From an uncultured Desulfarculaceae bacterium (GTDB lineage: Bacteria > Desulfobacterota > Desulfocorpusculales > Desulfocorpusculum), in assembly GCA_964414345.1 (NCBI GenBank), contig CAYPWF010000010.1:7115-71114 (forward strand): 64,000 nucleotides of DNA, written 5' to 3'. The stretch's first letter is position 1. Each line of letters starts with the position of its first letter. A program made the position numbers and the translations under genes. This document shows, piece by piece, positions 16,730 through 28,063 of this stretch. The notes beneath the pieces were generated by a model that worked only from the letters and a program-made list of their open reading frames with translations, searched no databases and was not told the DNA's origin.

Positions 16730-18220
16730 TCAAGAAAAAGTAAGAGGGATCACAGGCTCCACGATGCCCGAGACGATCTGCCCGCTGAAAACACCCAGAG
16801 CCACCAGCCCCCCCGCTACAAGCAAAACCGGCACCACCATCTGCACCGGGGCCTCCTGAAAGGTGTGGGAGAGATGGTGCTCTGCTCCTTCATTCTCCTG
16901 GGCGCTGAAAAAGGCCCATTCAAACACCCGGAAGAAAAGCACCACGCCCACCAGACTGCTAAATATGAGAGCTGCCAAGAAACCGTAATGCTCTGCCTCC
17001 AATGCACCCAGAAGGAGGTACCACTTGCTGAAAAAGCCGCAGGTAGGCGGCACTCCCACTATGGAAAGGGCCGTTGCCACAAGGGCTCCCATGGTAAAGG
17101 GCATCTTGGAGAAAGCTCCCTTCAACTCTGGAAACGAGCAGCCAGGAAGCCTATAAAGAAGATTTCCTACAGCCAAGAAAGCGCAAAGGGTCATGAATAT
17201 GTCGTTGAGCAAATGCAGGACGGCCCCTGTCATGCCGCTTTTGTTGCCCAGCCAGAATCCCCCCACCATGTACCCCACCTCTATGAGTATCACGTAGGTG
17301 AGCATTCTTTTTAGATCCTTTTGGGCCAAGGCCATGATGGAGCCCATTATGACCGCCAACACCGCAAGCCACATCACTGCCTTTTCAAGACCCAGTTTTT
17401 CAAAGGAGTAAACCGGGCCGAACACATTCAGGTCAATCCTGATCATTACATAGACCATTACCTTGGTCATAAGGGGAGCGATCAAACCGCTGATAGGGTA
17501 AGGGGCGTGGGTGTAAGCATTGGGAAGCCAGCCATGAAGGGGGAAAAAGGCCATCTTCAGCCACAGTCCCACCATTGTTATGATGAAGGCCACCAGGATG
17601 GCCCTCGAGCCATGAAGACCTGTGATCAGGTGGGCCAGGTCAGCCATGTTCAAGGTGCCGGTCATGATGTAAAGATAGCCCACTCCCAAGAGATAGAAGC
17701 AGGCTCCCAAGGTGCCCATGAAAACGTAATTCAGGCTTGAGAGGGAAGCCCTCTCAGGGCCCATGGCTATGAGAGCATAAGCGGTTATGGAGGCTATCTC
17801 CAGAAGCACATAGAGATTGAAGGCGTCTCCTGTGACGGTGATGCCGAGAAGGCCTGTCACAAAAAGCATCTGCAAGCCGTACAAGGCCCCCAACCTGTCC
17901 TGGAAATGGCGCTTCACACTGGGGCCGGACCAGATCCACTGGATTAAGGCGGACAAGGAAACCGCCGCCAAGACCATGCCGTTTAGAGTGTCCACCACGT
18001 AAACTATTCCCCATGGGGCTTCCCACCCGCCCAGTTTGTAAGTCACGGGGCCCCACCTTATGACCCTGAAAAGTAGGCCGATGCAGCTTGAGGCAGCAGT
18101 TGCCAGCCCAAAGAGCCCCACAGGGAAGCACAGATCCTTCCTGAGCCAACCCAATGCGAAGACCAGGAAGGAGGTAAGAAGGGGCACTACTACGATGAGG
18201 GCGGGCAGGTGCTCTTTCAT
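16730..18220 (-). CDS. Mrp antiporter subunit D (NuoM/N-like)
   Basis: True start MKEHLPALIVVVPLL overlaps the mrpC stop (ATGA). The upstream His/Gly-rich extension shown in the ORF track is read-through into mrpC in another frame. Confidence 0.75.
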   Translation of the reverse strand: MKEHLPALIVVVPLLTSFLVFALGWLRKDLCFPVGLFGLATAASSCIGLLFRVIRWGPVTYKLGGWEAPWGIVYVVDTLNGMVLAAVSLSALIQWIWSGPSVKRHFQDRLGALYGLQMLFVTGLLGITVTGDAFNLYVLLEIASITAYALIAMGPERASLSSLNYVFMGTLGACFYLLGVGYLYIMTGTLNMADLAHLITGLHGSRAILVAFIITMVGLWLKMAFFPLHGWLPNAYTHAPYPISGLIAPLMTKVMVYVMIRIDLNVFGPVYSFEKLGLEKAVMWLAVLAVIMGSIMALAQKDLKRMLTYVILIEVGYMVGGFWLGNKSGMTGAVLHLLNDIFMTLCAFLAVGNLLYRLPGCSFPELKGAFSKMPFTMGALVATALSIVGVPPTCGFFSKWYLLLGALEAEHYGFLAALIFSSLVGVVLFFRVFEWAFFSAQENEGAEHHLSHTFQEAPVQMVVPVLLVAGGLVALGVFSGQIVSGIVEPVIPLTFS

Positions 18221-18609
18221 GACTCTCGGATCTGTTTCAATATCTCGTCTTCTTCCAGGGTGCCGTATCTCCTGTACACCTTCACGGCCAGGGCCAAGGC
18301 CACCCCCAAGGTGGAGACCGCCACCACTATGGCTGTGAGCATGAGCACATGTGGCAGCGGGTTTATGTAATCCGCTGCTTGAGGCAAGCTGTGAGAAGCA
18401 TGTGCATGGAGCAGGATGGGGATGGTGGCCCCCTTTTTCATGCCCATGGAGACGAAAAAAAGGATTATAGCGGTTTGAAATATGCTCATCCCAACTATCT
18501 TCTTGACCAAGTTGTTCTTGGCTATGACCCCCCAAAGCCCGATCATCATCAGGGTGATGTAGATCCAGTAGTTATACTTGGAGATGATGAACTGAAGAGC
18601 GTTTTCCAT
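18217..18609 (-). CDS. Mrp antiporter subunit C (NuoK-like)
   Basis: MENALQFIISKYNYWIYITLMMIGLWGVIAKNNLVKKIVGMSIFQTAIILFFVSMG typical MnhC/NuoK. Confidence 0.8.
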   Translation of the reverse strand: MENALQFIISKYNYWIYITLMMIGLWGVIAKNNLVKKIVGMSIFQTAIILFFVSMGMKKGATIPILLHAHASHSLPQAADYINPLPHVLMLTAIVVAVSTLGVALALAVKVYRRYGTLEEDEILKQIRES

Positions 18610-18613
18610 GGCT

Positions 18614-19444
18614 TTAGAGCCCCTCGTCCAGCCTGCCCTCGGAGGCTAGGTTGTGGTAAATCAGGATCATTGTGGCCATAACCGCGATTCCGACTCCCAC
18701 CTCCACCAGAAAAATTCCAAGGGAGCGCGCTCCCACAGGGTCCACCCGGAAGATCTCGGCCAAGGCCGCATAGTCCAAAAAATTGGACCCCAGAACAAGG
18801 CAAAGGGCTCCGGTTCCAGCATAAACACTCACCCCTATTGCGCTCAGCATAGCAAGGGTGCGTTCCCTAAGCCTGTTCAAAGCGCTTTTCATGTCCTGGG
18901 AAATGGCCATCAGGATAAGACTGGCCCCAAGTATGACCCCCCCCTGGAAGCCGCCTCCTGGGCTGTGATGACCGTGGGCTATAACGTACAGGGCGAAAAG
19001 CTGGATAAAAGGGATCAGGAACCTACTTAGAGTGCGCAAAATGAGATCGTGTGGGGTCCAAACAGAGTCCATTCGCTCGAACTCACCCAGTTGCTCCAGC
19101 CCCTCCCTCCTCCTGCGGACCCTTATGGTAAGCCCGGTCAGCAGGTGCCTGTAATGCACGGTGTCGGGCTCTTCTTTTCCGAAAAGCCTAAGGAGTATGA
19201 AACAACTCACCCCGGCTGCGAAGATCACGGTGGTCTCGAACATGGTGTCGAAGCCTCTGTAATCCGCCAGCACCGAGGTGACTGCATTGGGCACCGAAGT
19301 CTCCTCCAGGGTTTTCTCTATGTACCTGGGGGAGACATGGAGGCTGGCCGGGGAATGGGGATCCCCCCAGTCAGGAAACTCCCCTGTGGCCCAAATCAGG
19401 AAAGCCCCTGTGACTGCCACTATTGCCAGTCCCAGTAGTTTCAA
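18614..19444 (-). CDS. Mrp antiporter subunit B
   Basis: 276-aa MnhB-like membrane protein. Confidence 0.7.
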   Translation of the reverse strand: MKLLGLAIVAVTGAFLIWATGEFPDWGDPHSPASLHVSPRYIEKTLEETSVPNAVTSVLADYRGFDTMFETTVIFAAGVSCFILLRLFGKEEPDTVHYRHLLTGLTIRVRRRREGLEQLGEFERMDSVWTPHDLILRTLSRFLIPFIQLFALYVIAHGHHSPGGGFQGGVILGASLILMAISQDMKSALNRLRERTLAMLSAIGVSVYAGTGALCLVLGSNFLDYAALAEIFRVDPVGARSLGIFLVEVGVGIAVMATMILIYHNLASEGRLDEGL

Positions 19445-19686
19445 TCTTTAGTCCTCCGGGTTGTGTGGAAGACCGCGGCCACAAAGAAAACAGTGCTTAC
19501 CCCCGCTCCCACTGCCGCCTCTGTGAAAGCCACATCCACGGCCCCCATGACAGCCCAAAGAACACACATCATGAAGCTGTAAGCCCCGAAAAGTATGGCC
19601 GAACCCAGTAGATCCCTTATCATTAAGGCTCCCACCCCGCATATCACTACCAGGGAAAGCACAAGAAGGTCCAGTTGCCATATCAT
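19441..19686 (-). CDS. DUF4040 (MrpB N-terminal-like) small membrane protein
   Basis: 81 aa, two TM helices; position as in Mbh/Mrp operons. Confidence 0.6.
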   Translation of the reverse strand: MIWQLDLLVLSLVVICGVGALMIRDLLGSAILFGAYSFMMCVLWAVMGAVDVAFTEAAVGAGVSTVFFVAAVFHTTRRTKD

Positions 19687-20015
19687 GGCCCGGTTTTCTC
19701 TCCGGATTTTTTCCAGGGCTCGAGTCCCGCTCTTACCCCCGCATCAACTATGGCGTGGGTGGCGGTGGGACTTGTAAGAAAAACTATGGCCACTATGAGC
19801 AGTATCTTGAGACTGGTGAGAACCGAGTCCAGAGAGATTGGAAAAAGCACAAAAAGGGCCAGCCCTGCCATGGCCAAAGCCGATCCTGAGGTGTCAAGCT
19901 TTCCGGCAGGATGCAAACGGGAGTAAAAATCCGGGAAGCGCAAAATCCCGATACTGCCTCCTAAAAAAAAGATGAGGCCTCCGGTCACCAAAACCACCAC
20001 GAGAAAATCAATCAT
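19683..20015 (-). CDS. Mrp antiporter subunit G
   Basis: MIDFLVVVLVTGGLIFFLGGSIGILRFPDFYSRLHPAGKLDT matches MnhG. Confidence 0.8.
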   Translation of the reverse strand: MIDFLVVVLVTGGLIFFLGGSIGILRFPDFYSRLHPAGKLDTSGSALAMAGLALFVLFPISLDSVLTSLKILLIVAIVFLTSPTATHAIVDAGVRAGLEPWKKSGEKTGP

Positions 20016-20329
20016 TGCTTCTCTCCGGATGGAAGAGCTGCTTTGTGCTGGAATGCCCTCCCAAGTCCTTTTCGTTTTTGGAAATAGCGGGAGGCCGCCA
20101 AAACAGCTATAAAGTTAAGAAGCGCATAGGCAAGGGCTATGTCTACGAACATATCCACTCTTTTGTAGAGAATGCCGATTATGACCAAAAGCACCGCGGT
20201 CTTGCTGCCGATGGCATTTACACCCACCAGCCTGTCCAGCACTGTGGGCCCAAAGACCCCTCTGTACAGGGAAAGCAGCATGAGCCCACCCAGTACCAGA
20301 GCAGCCCCCAGAAAAAAGTCCTCCATCAT
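20012..20329 (-). CDS. Mrp antiporter subunit F
   Basis: MMEDFFLGAALVLGGLMLLSLYRG... MnhF-like; ATGA overlap with mrpE stop. Confidence 0.7.
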   Translation of the reverse strand: MMEDFFLGAALVLGGLMLLSLYRGVFGPTVLDRLVGVNAIGSKTAVLLVIIGILYKRVDMFVDIALAYALLNFIAVLAASRYFQKRKGLGRAFQHKAALPSGEKQ

Positions 20330-20820
20330 TCCTCTCCGAATATGGCCCCTACCCTGCGTTCCATTTCCCCGGGAAGGGCCTCTGCACATGTCCTGTCTAT
20401 GGCATGAACCCTAAATTCACCATCCAAATCCACGAAAACGGTAATTGTTCCCGGAGTCAGGGTGATGGAGTTGGCAAAGGTGACCAGGGCCAGCTCATCC
20501 TTCAAAGGACTCTTGAATCTTACCACGCGAGGGTCTATGAGCTCCTTCATGCGTGGATGCAAAGATAACCGGAGCATGTGCAAGCTGGAAAGAAAAATCT
20601 GCAGGAAGAGCCAAGGGATGTACTTAAGGAACCCCTTGCTGAGTTCAAGCCAATTCCTGTCCCCTATGGAAGAAAGAAGCAGATCTCCAGAAAAGCCGGC
20701 CACAATGGCGCAGGAGATAACCCCCAGTACCAGGTGAAAAGGATCAAAACGTCCTGAGAGCACCAACCAAAAAGGCAACATCACGAAAAAGGTTAATACA
20801 AAATCCCTTTTCTTCTTCAT
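20326..20820 (-). CDS. Mrp antiporter subunit E
   Basis: MKKKRDFVLTFFVMLPFWLVLSGRFDPFHLVLGVISCAIVAGF typical MnhE. Confidence 0.75.
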   Translation of the reverse strand: MKKKRDFVLTFFVMLPFWLVLSGRFDPFHLVLGVISCAIVAGFSGDLLLSSIGDRNWLELSKGFLKYIPWLFLQIFLSSLHMLRLSLHPRMKELIDPRVVRFKSPLKDELALVTFANSITLTPGTITVFVDLDGEFRVHAIDRTCAEALPGEMERRVGAIFGEE

Positions 20821-20873
20821 GCCACTTCCACCCCGGGCGTTCCATGTCCTTTACCACACCCACGGCCTAACCG

Positions 20874-22064
20874 TCAATCCCCACCCTTTGACCGAGGATC
20901 CCTCGGGAGCCGAACCAAGAAGCAGGTTCCTTCTCCCGGGCGGGTCCAAAACTGGATATCTCCTCCCAACTGGGTGGCTATTCTCCTGCAGATGGGCAGC
21001 CCCAACCCGGTTCCTTTCCCCGGACCCTTGGTTGTGAAAAGCAGCTCGAAGACGCGCTCCACATGCTCCGGAGCTATCCCTGTGCCGTTGTCTATTACCT
21101 GGATCTCCCAGGCCCTCTCCGAGGCTTGGAGAACAACCCGGATGAGTCCTCCAGCCTGGGCCTTCTCCTTTATTGCATCCAGCCCGTTGCTAAGCAGGTT
21201 CACCAAGAGTTGCTCCAGCATCCTGGGGTCCGAGTTGATCCACAGCTCCCCCTCAGGCTTGATTATCTCCACTTGGACCAGGGCTTTGCTCAGCTCGTGG
21301 CGCAAGAACCCCACGGCCCGGGCCACCACTTGGGCCAAGTCCAGAGGCTGAATGGTGGGGGGTGCTTCCCTCACAAAACCCAAAAGCTGGTGGGTGATGC
21401 TGCTGCCGCGCTTGGTCTGTTCCAAAATGTCTTCCAGGGCCTTTTGCAGCTCGGCTGTGATTTTGTCCTTTTCTTTCTGGTCCGAAAGAAGGGTTATTCC
21501 CCAGCTCGCTATCTCCTGAATCACAGCCAAAGGGTTATTTATTTCGTGGGCTATGCCGGCTGCCAACCTTCCCATCTCGGCGAACCTTTCTATGGACTTC
21601 AGGCTCTCCTGGATGCTTTTCCAACGGGTTATGTCCTGGCAGATGCCTATGGTGCCCACTTGCTCGCCCCGGCGGTTTCGAAGGGCCACCAAGGAGACGT
21701 TGCAGAAGGCTTCTTGGCCGCCTTTTGTCTTGAAGGGCACATCCAGCAAACTGAGACTTCCCTTTTCTCCAGCCTCCCTTAAGGCCTCTTGAAGCCTCTC
21801 CTGTTTGACTGCTAGATCGCTTACCTTTGTACCCAGAAGCTCAGCTGCGGAAAATCCCAGTATTCTCTCGCCCCCCAAACTAAACGAGAAGAGGATGCCT
21901 TCCACGTCGGTGGCGAAGATCATGTCAGTGGTGTTCTGTAATATGCCTTGCAAGTAGGAACGAGCCTGCTCCAACTCGGCCCTGCAGATGTTCAGTTCCC
22001 TGGAAAGCCTTAAGAGCTTTGGATTTTCTTTGGGGAAGGATGCGCCTTTTTCCTGCAGATCCAT
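20874..22064 (-). CDS. PAS-domain sensor histidine kinase
   Basis: H-box HEINNPLAVI and ATPase G-boxes (DNGTGI, GTGLGLPICRRIA). Confidence 0.85.
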   Translation of the reverse strand: MDLQEKGASFPKENPKLLRLSRELNICRAELEQARSYLQGILQNTTDMIFATDVEGILFSFSLGGERILGFSAAELLGTKVSDLAVKQERLQEALREAGEKGSLSLLDVPFKTKGGQEAFCNVSLVALRNRRGEQVGTIGICQDITRWKSIQESLKSIERFAEMGRLAAGIAHEINNPLAVIQEIASWGITLLSDQKEKDKITAELQKALEDILEQTKRGSSITHQLLGFVREAPPTIQPLDLAQVVARAVGFLRHELSKALVQVEIIKPEGELWINSDPRMLEQLLVNLLSNGLDAIKEKAQAGGLIRVVLQASERAWEIQVIDNGTGIAPEHVERVFELLFTTKGPGKGTGLGLPICRRIATQLGGDIQFWTRPGEGTCFLVRLPRDPRSKGGD

Positions 22065-22159
22065 GGACCTCTCGGGCTTGGGGCGGATTGCCCGGCCTCA
22101 GCAACTGCCTTCGAACAGAACTGGCTGAGCCGCTCTTATTGGGCTTGCAAAGAAGATTC

Positions 22160-22693
22160 CTATTCCTCCGGGAAACCAAGACTTTTTCTCAACTCCACCA
22201 CCGCGCTTCTCAAAGCCTTGGCCCCTAGGCCCGCTTTGGTCAGCTCTTCCAGTCTACGGTCGAATTCCCTTTGGCGGGCTTCCATGGCCCGAACAAAGGC
22301 CCCCTTGACTGCCTCCAGAAGCACCCCGTAATCAGCCGGCTTGAGAAGGTACTGGAAGGCGTCCTGCTTGCCGCTCTCCAAAGCGGTCTGAATGGAGCCG
22401 TGGCCCGTGAGCACGATGCATTGTATAAAGGGCTGGAGCTGCTTCAGCTTCCTTTGGGTCTCAACACCGTCCATGCCCGGCATTTTGAGATCCACCACCG
22501 CCACGTCAAATGCCTGCGCGCGTGCTATCTCCAGAGCCTTTTCCCCGGACTCCGCCGTAAGTACTGAAAAACCCTCGCGCACAAGTCTTTTGGAAAGATA
22601 CTCCAAAAGCGTGCCTTCATCGTCTATCAACAGAACTCTGGCGGCCGGATCCACTTTTTCCCCTCCCCTTCCTAACCCGCACATGAACAACAA
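22160..22693 (-). CDS. Response regulator receiver-domain protein (CheY-like, no obvious output domain)
   Basis: VLLIDDEGTLLEYLSKRL...DVAVVDLKMPGMDGVE receiver motifs. Confidence 0.8.
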   Translation of the reverse strand: MLFMCGLGRGGEKVDPAARVLLIDDEGTLLEYLSKRLVREGFSVLTAESGEKALEIARAQAFDVAVVDLKMPGMDGVETQRKLKQLQPFIQCIVLTGHGSIQTALESGKQDAFQYLLKPADYGVLLEAVKGAFVRAMEARQREFDRRLEELTKAGLGAKALRSAVVELRKSLGFPEE

Positions 22694-22879
22694 TCAAAGG
22701 TTGATACGAGCCAGCTTAGAATCCTGAAGAGACAAACTCATTCCTCATGAAACTCAGCTGAATCTTGGGCTTCGGGCCCGGCCGATCTTTTAACCTCAAA
22801 GGGCCCAATGTGCCGGTGTTTGGGGCTCCAGCCCCTAAGGCCAGCGCTTTGTCAAAAAATTCAGCCCCATCAGCTGAGC

Positions 22880-23076
22880 TAGCCCGGATTATTCTCCAAA
22901 GCCCGTAACTTTGGGGGCTACGCCCCCGAACACCCGATGCACTACTATATATTCCGACTCAAAACAACACCAAATTTGAAATACAAAGGCAGGGTGCTTT
23001 TGAGTATGGACCGGTTTGTTCAAACATGTCATTAAAATGGCCCGCACTATCCACTGCGCGTGAATAATGCGGGTTG
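22880..23076 (-). repeat. Complete copy of the structured element downstream of atpC (co-oriented)
   Basis: TAGCCCGGATTATTCTCC...CTTTGGGGGCTACGCCCCCGAA...GACTCAAAA...GGGTGCTTTTGAG...GCCCGCACTATCCACtgcgcGTGAATAATGCGGGTT. Confidence 0.9.
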
Positions 23077-23095
23077 AGCGCTATTCAATCTCATT

Positions 23096-23135
23096 GGAAA
23101 CGCAAAGCGCCCTGGATGTCAACTCCTGAGGGCGC
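23096..23135 (-). terminator. Probable rho-independent terminator of the atp operon
   Basis: GCGCCCU-loop-AGGGCGC followed by UUUGCGUUUCC on the minus strand, 30 nt after the atpC stop. Confidence 0.5.
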
Positions 23136-23165
23136 CCGATTCACGACTCATTTAAAGATTCTATT

Positions 23166-23570
23166 TCACACCCTGGCCACTTTGAGCCGGGCCAGGGCTC
23201 TCTGAAGTGAGGCCTCGGCTCTGGCCACATCCACCCCCTCCTGCCTATCCTTGAGCCTTTGCTCGGCTCTGGCTTTGGAGGCCTCAGCTCTGGCTACATC
23301 TATCTCCTGGCTGGATTCAGCAGTGCGCACCAGCACCGTAACCTTGGTGGGGGTCACCTCGGCTATGCCTCTGTTAATGGCGAACCACTCCAGCTTCCCC
23401 TCAGATCTGAAATGCATGGGGCCTATCCGAAGCTCACTCAGAAAAGGTGTGTGACCAGGAAGAACCCCGAACTCCCCCAGCACCCCAGGCAGGTTGACCT
23501 CTTCCACCTGACCGGTGAAAGCCAGCTTCTCAGGTGTAACAATGTCCAGTTGAATGCGAGATTCCGCCAT
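23166..23570 (-). CDS. atpC: F1Fo ATP synthase epsilon subunit
   Basis: Size, position after atpD, and N-terminal beta-sandwich motif LDIVTPEKLAFTGQVEEVNLPG. Confidence 0.85.
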   Translation of the reverse strand: MAESRIQLDIVTPEKLAFTGQVEEVNLPGVLGEFGVLPGHTPFLSELRIGPMHFRSEGKLEWFAINRGIAEVTPTKVTVLVRTAESSQEIDVARAEASKARAEQRLKDRQEGVDVARAEASLQRALARLKVARV

Positions 23571-23622
23571 GAGCCTTCCTCTTCACCGACCATCAAGATT
23601 CGGCCGGGGTCGGTTCGCTGAT

Positions 23623-25038
<1,416 letters not shown>

Positions 25039-25095
25039 CTAGACCTCCTCGCCTAGAAGTGCCCTGACTCATCTTTGTCACGGAAAGACTATGCC

Positions 25096-25959
25096 TCATG
25101 CCTTTTTCAAGGCTTCCGCCCCTCCCACAATGTCCATGAGCTCTTTTGTGATGGCCGCCTGTCGAGCCTTGTTGTACACCAGAGTCAGCCGCTCGATCAT
25201 GTCCTTGCAGTTGCGGGTGGCATTGTCCATGGCGGTCATTCGGGCGGCCTGCTCGCTGGTATTGTTCTCCAGGAGAGCCGCAAACACCTGCACCCTTAAC
25301 TGCTCGGGAAGGATTGCCTCCAGTAGTATGTTGGGGGCTGGCTCATACAAATAGTCAACACCTCCAGGTCCTTGTTCCTGGGGAAGAGCAAAAGGCAGCA
25401 GGCTCACTACCTGCGGTCTTTGCACAGCCACGTTCACAAAGCGGCTGTAAATGAGCAGCACCTCGTCCACCTGCTCCTGCACATAGGCGGTGATAAGGTC
25501 CTCTGCCACACGGGCGGCCAGATCGTAAGTGATTCTGCGGTTGTCCACATATGTCTGACGGATGTCCCTTTTCTGGCGCCGAAAAAAGTCCCTTCCCTTG
25601 CGCCCCACCAGGAAAAAACAAACCTCTTGTCCCTGCGAGGCCCTGGCCTTGGCCTCCTTCTCGGCCTTTACTATGAGATTGGTGTTGAAGCTGCCGCAAA
25701 GCCCGCGATCCGCCGTGATCAGAAGGATCCCTACTTTGCGGACCTGCCTTCTGACCAGAAGGGGGTGAGCGTCCTGCTCCACCCTTTGGGCCACTGAGCG
25801 GCCTACCTCGCCGTACTTTTCCGCGTAGGGCCGGAAAGCCTGCACCCTCTCCTGGGCGCCTCTCAGCTTGGCCGAGGCCACCATGTTCATGGCTCTGGTG
25901 ATCTGCTGCGTCTTTTTTACCGCAGCGATCTTGCGTCGGATGTCTCTCAGCGTCGCCAT
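25096..25959 (-). CDS. atpG: F1Fo ATP synthase gamma subunit
   Basis: MATLRDIRRKIAAVKKTQQITRAMNMVASAKLRGAQ classic gamma N-terminus. Confidence 0.9.
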   Translation of the reverse strand: MATLRDIRRKIAAVKKTQQITRAMNMVASAKLRGAQERVQAFRPYAEKYGEVGRSVAQRVEQDAHPLLVRRQVRKVGILLITADRGLCGSFNTNLIVKAEKEAKARASQGQEVCFFLVGRKGRDFFRRQKRDIRQTYVDNRRITYDLAARVAEDLITAYVQEQVDEVLLIYSRFVNVAVQRPQVVSLLPFALPQEQGPGGVDYLYEPAPNILLEAILPEQLRVQVFAALLENNTSEQAARMTAMDNATRNCKDMIERLTLVYNKARQAAITKELMDIVGGAEALKKA

Positions 25960-25999
25960 CTGGGTCTCTCTCGCCTCGGGATCTCCAGCACCCGGGCCT

Positions 26000-27520
26000 T
26001 TACGCCTGGGCCTGGAACACAGTGTCGAACTCTTTCAGGGCGTTCTCAATCTTCTTGTCCAGCTCTTCATCTATAACCCACTTGGCCTTGAGGCCCGAGA
26101 AGATCTCCTTGTACTTGGTCTCCAGGAACTCAAAGAGTTCCTTCTCGTAACGCTGCACAGCCTCTACCGGGTACTTGTCCAAAAAGCCCCTGGTGCCCGC
26201 GTAAATGATCAAAATCTGCTTTTCAGCAGGCATGGGTTGATACTGAGGCTGTTTGAGCACCTCCACCAGCCTCATGCCCCTGTTGAGCTGGGCCTGGGTG
26301 GCCTTGTCCAGCTCGCTGCCGAACTGGGCGAACGCCTCCAATTCCCTGTACTGGGCCAGATCCAACCTGAGGCTGCCCGCCACCTGCCTCATGGCCTTGA
26401 CCTGTGCGCTTCCACCCACCCGCGAGACCGAGAGGCCTACGTTTACGGCAGGTCGCACCCCTGAGAAGAACAAGCCCGGCTCCAGGTAAATCTGCCCGTC
26501 GGTTATGGAGATGACGTTGGTGGGGATATAGGCGGAGACGTCTCCCTGCTGGGTCTCGATGATGGGAAGGGCCGTTAGGCTGCCTCCTCCCAACTCGTCG
26601 TTGAGCTTTGCAGCCCGCTCCAGAAGCCTGGAGTGGTTGTAGAAAATGTCCCCGGGGTAAGCCTCCCTTCCAGGGGGCCTTCTGAGCAACAAGGAAACCT
26701 GTCTGTATGCCTGAGCCTGCTTGGAGAGGTCGTCGTAGATTATCAAGGCGTGACGCCCCGAGTCCCTGTAGTATTCGCCCATGGCACAGCCTGCATAAGG
26801 GGCTATGAACTGAAGGGTTGCCGGGTCGCTGGCGCAGGCGGCCACCACCACCGTGTAGTCCATGGCCCCGTAACGCCTGAGAGCTTCCACCACTTGGGCC
26901 ACCGTGGACTTCTTCTGGCCCACTGCCACGTAAATGCATAGCACTCCGGAATCTTTCTGGTTGATGATGGCGTCCACGGCCATGGCCGTCTTGCCTATCT
27001 GCCGGTCTCCAATGATCAGCTCCCTTTGTCCGCGCCCTATGGGAGTCATGGCGTCCACAGCCTTGTAACCCGTGTACATAGGCTCTTTCACGGGCTGTCG
27101 GGCCACCACCCCAGGGGCTATCATCTCTATACGCCTGAACTCCTTGGCGTCCACCGGGCCTTTCCCGTCAAGGGGGTTCCCCACAGGGTCCACCACTCGG
27201 CCTATGACCGCGTCACCCACAGGCACCTGGGCGATACGACCGGTGCGCTTCACCAGGTCCCCTTCCTTGATCTCTTTGTCGTCTCCTAGGATGGCCACAC
27301 CCACATTGTCCTCTTCCAGGTTCAGGGCCATACCCAGAACCCCGTTGGGGAACTCCAGCAGCTCCATGGACATGACGTTTTCCACGCCGTAAACCCTGGC
27401 GATACCATCCCCAACGGACAGCACCACACCGGTCTCGCTCATCTCTATCTTCTTGTCATAATCCCGTATCTGCGCCCGGATTATTTCGCTGATCTCCTCC
27501 GCCTTGATCTGCATGGCCAT
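26000..27520 (-). CDS. atpA: F1Fo ATP synthase alpha subunit
   Basis: Walker A GDRQIGKT and alpha-subunit conserved blocks. Confidence 0.95.
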   Translation of the reverse strand: MAMQIKAEEISEIIRAQIRDYDKKIEMSETGVVLSVGDGIARVYGVENVMSMELLEFPNGVLGMALNLEEDNVGVAILGDDKEIKEGDLVKRTGRIAQVPVGDAVIGRVVDPVGNPLDGKGPVDAKEFRRIEMIAPGVVARQPVKEPMYTGYKAVDAMTPIGRGQRELIIGDRQIGKTAMAVDAIINQKDSGVLCIYVAVGQKKSTVAQVVEALRRYGAMDYTVVVAACASDPATLQFIAPYAGCAMGEYYRDSGRHALIIYDDLSKQAQAYRQVSLLLRRPPGREAYPGDIFYNHSRLLERAAKLNDELGGGSLTALPIIETQQGDVSAYIPTNVISITDGQIYLEPGLFFSGVRPAVNVGLSVSRVGGSAQVKAMRQVAGSLRLDLAQYRELEAFAQFGSELDKATQAQLNRGMRLVEVLKQPQYQPMPAEKQILIIYAGTRGFLDKYPVEAVQRYEKELFEFLETKYKEIFSGLKAKWVIDEELDKKIENALKEFDTVFQAQA

Positions 27521-27523
27521 GGA

Positions 27524-28063
27524 TCACCCCTTCAAAAGAGTTTCTTTAATGCCCGCAAGCTGCGTGCGGACACTGCCGTCAAAAACCGTATCCCCTATCT
27601 GTGTGACCACCCCGCCGATGAGCTCCGGCTCCTGCTGCACCTGAAGGAATACCTGTTTGCCGGTCATGGTTTCCAAACGCTTCTTGAGCTCCTGGAGGAT
27701 TGCTTCATCCAGGGGAACCGCCGAGGCCACCTTGGCAGTCACCCTGCCTGCCAGCTCATCTGCCAGGGCCTCGTAGCAGCGCACTATGTCCTTGAAGGAA
27801 CCTATCCTGCGTTTGTCTACGAGAAGGAGAAGAAAATTCCTCACCACCTGGGAGAGATTCAGCCTCTTGTGTATGGCGCCGAGGAGACCTTTCTTGTCCT
27901 CCCTTTCATAAATGGGATTCACCATCACGGCCCTAAGCTCCGGGCTGGCCTCCAGCACTTCCTGAAAGGCCTTGAGCTCCCGGCCGTACTGCTCGTACTG
28001 CCCGTCTTCCTGTCCTATCTGAATGAGCGCCCTGGCGTAGCGTTTTGCTATGATCTCGTTCAT
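27524..28063 (-). CDS. atpH: F1Fo ATP synthase delta subunit (OSCP)
   Basis: Size/position; RYARALIQ OSCP N-terminal motif. Confidence 0.8.
   Translation of the reverse strand: MNEIIAKRYARALIQIGQEDGQYEQYGRELKAFQEVLEASPELRAVMVNPIYEREDKKGLLGAIHKRLNLSQVVRNFLLLLVDKRRIGSFKDIVRCYEALADELAGRVTAKVASAVPLDEAILQELKKRLETMTGKQVFLQVQQEPELIGGVVTQIGDTVFDGSVRTQLAGIKETLLKG

Noticed and set aside
16730-18535. Long His/Gly-rich N-terminal extension of the MrpD ORF (601 aa in the ORF track)
   Set aside because: The extension overlaps mrpC in another frame. A canonical start MKEHLPALIVVV with ATGA overlap to the mrpC stop gives a normal 497-aa MrpD.
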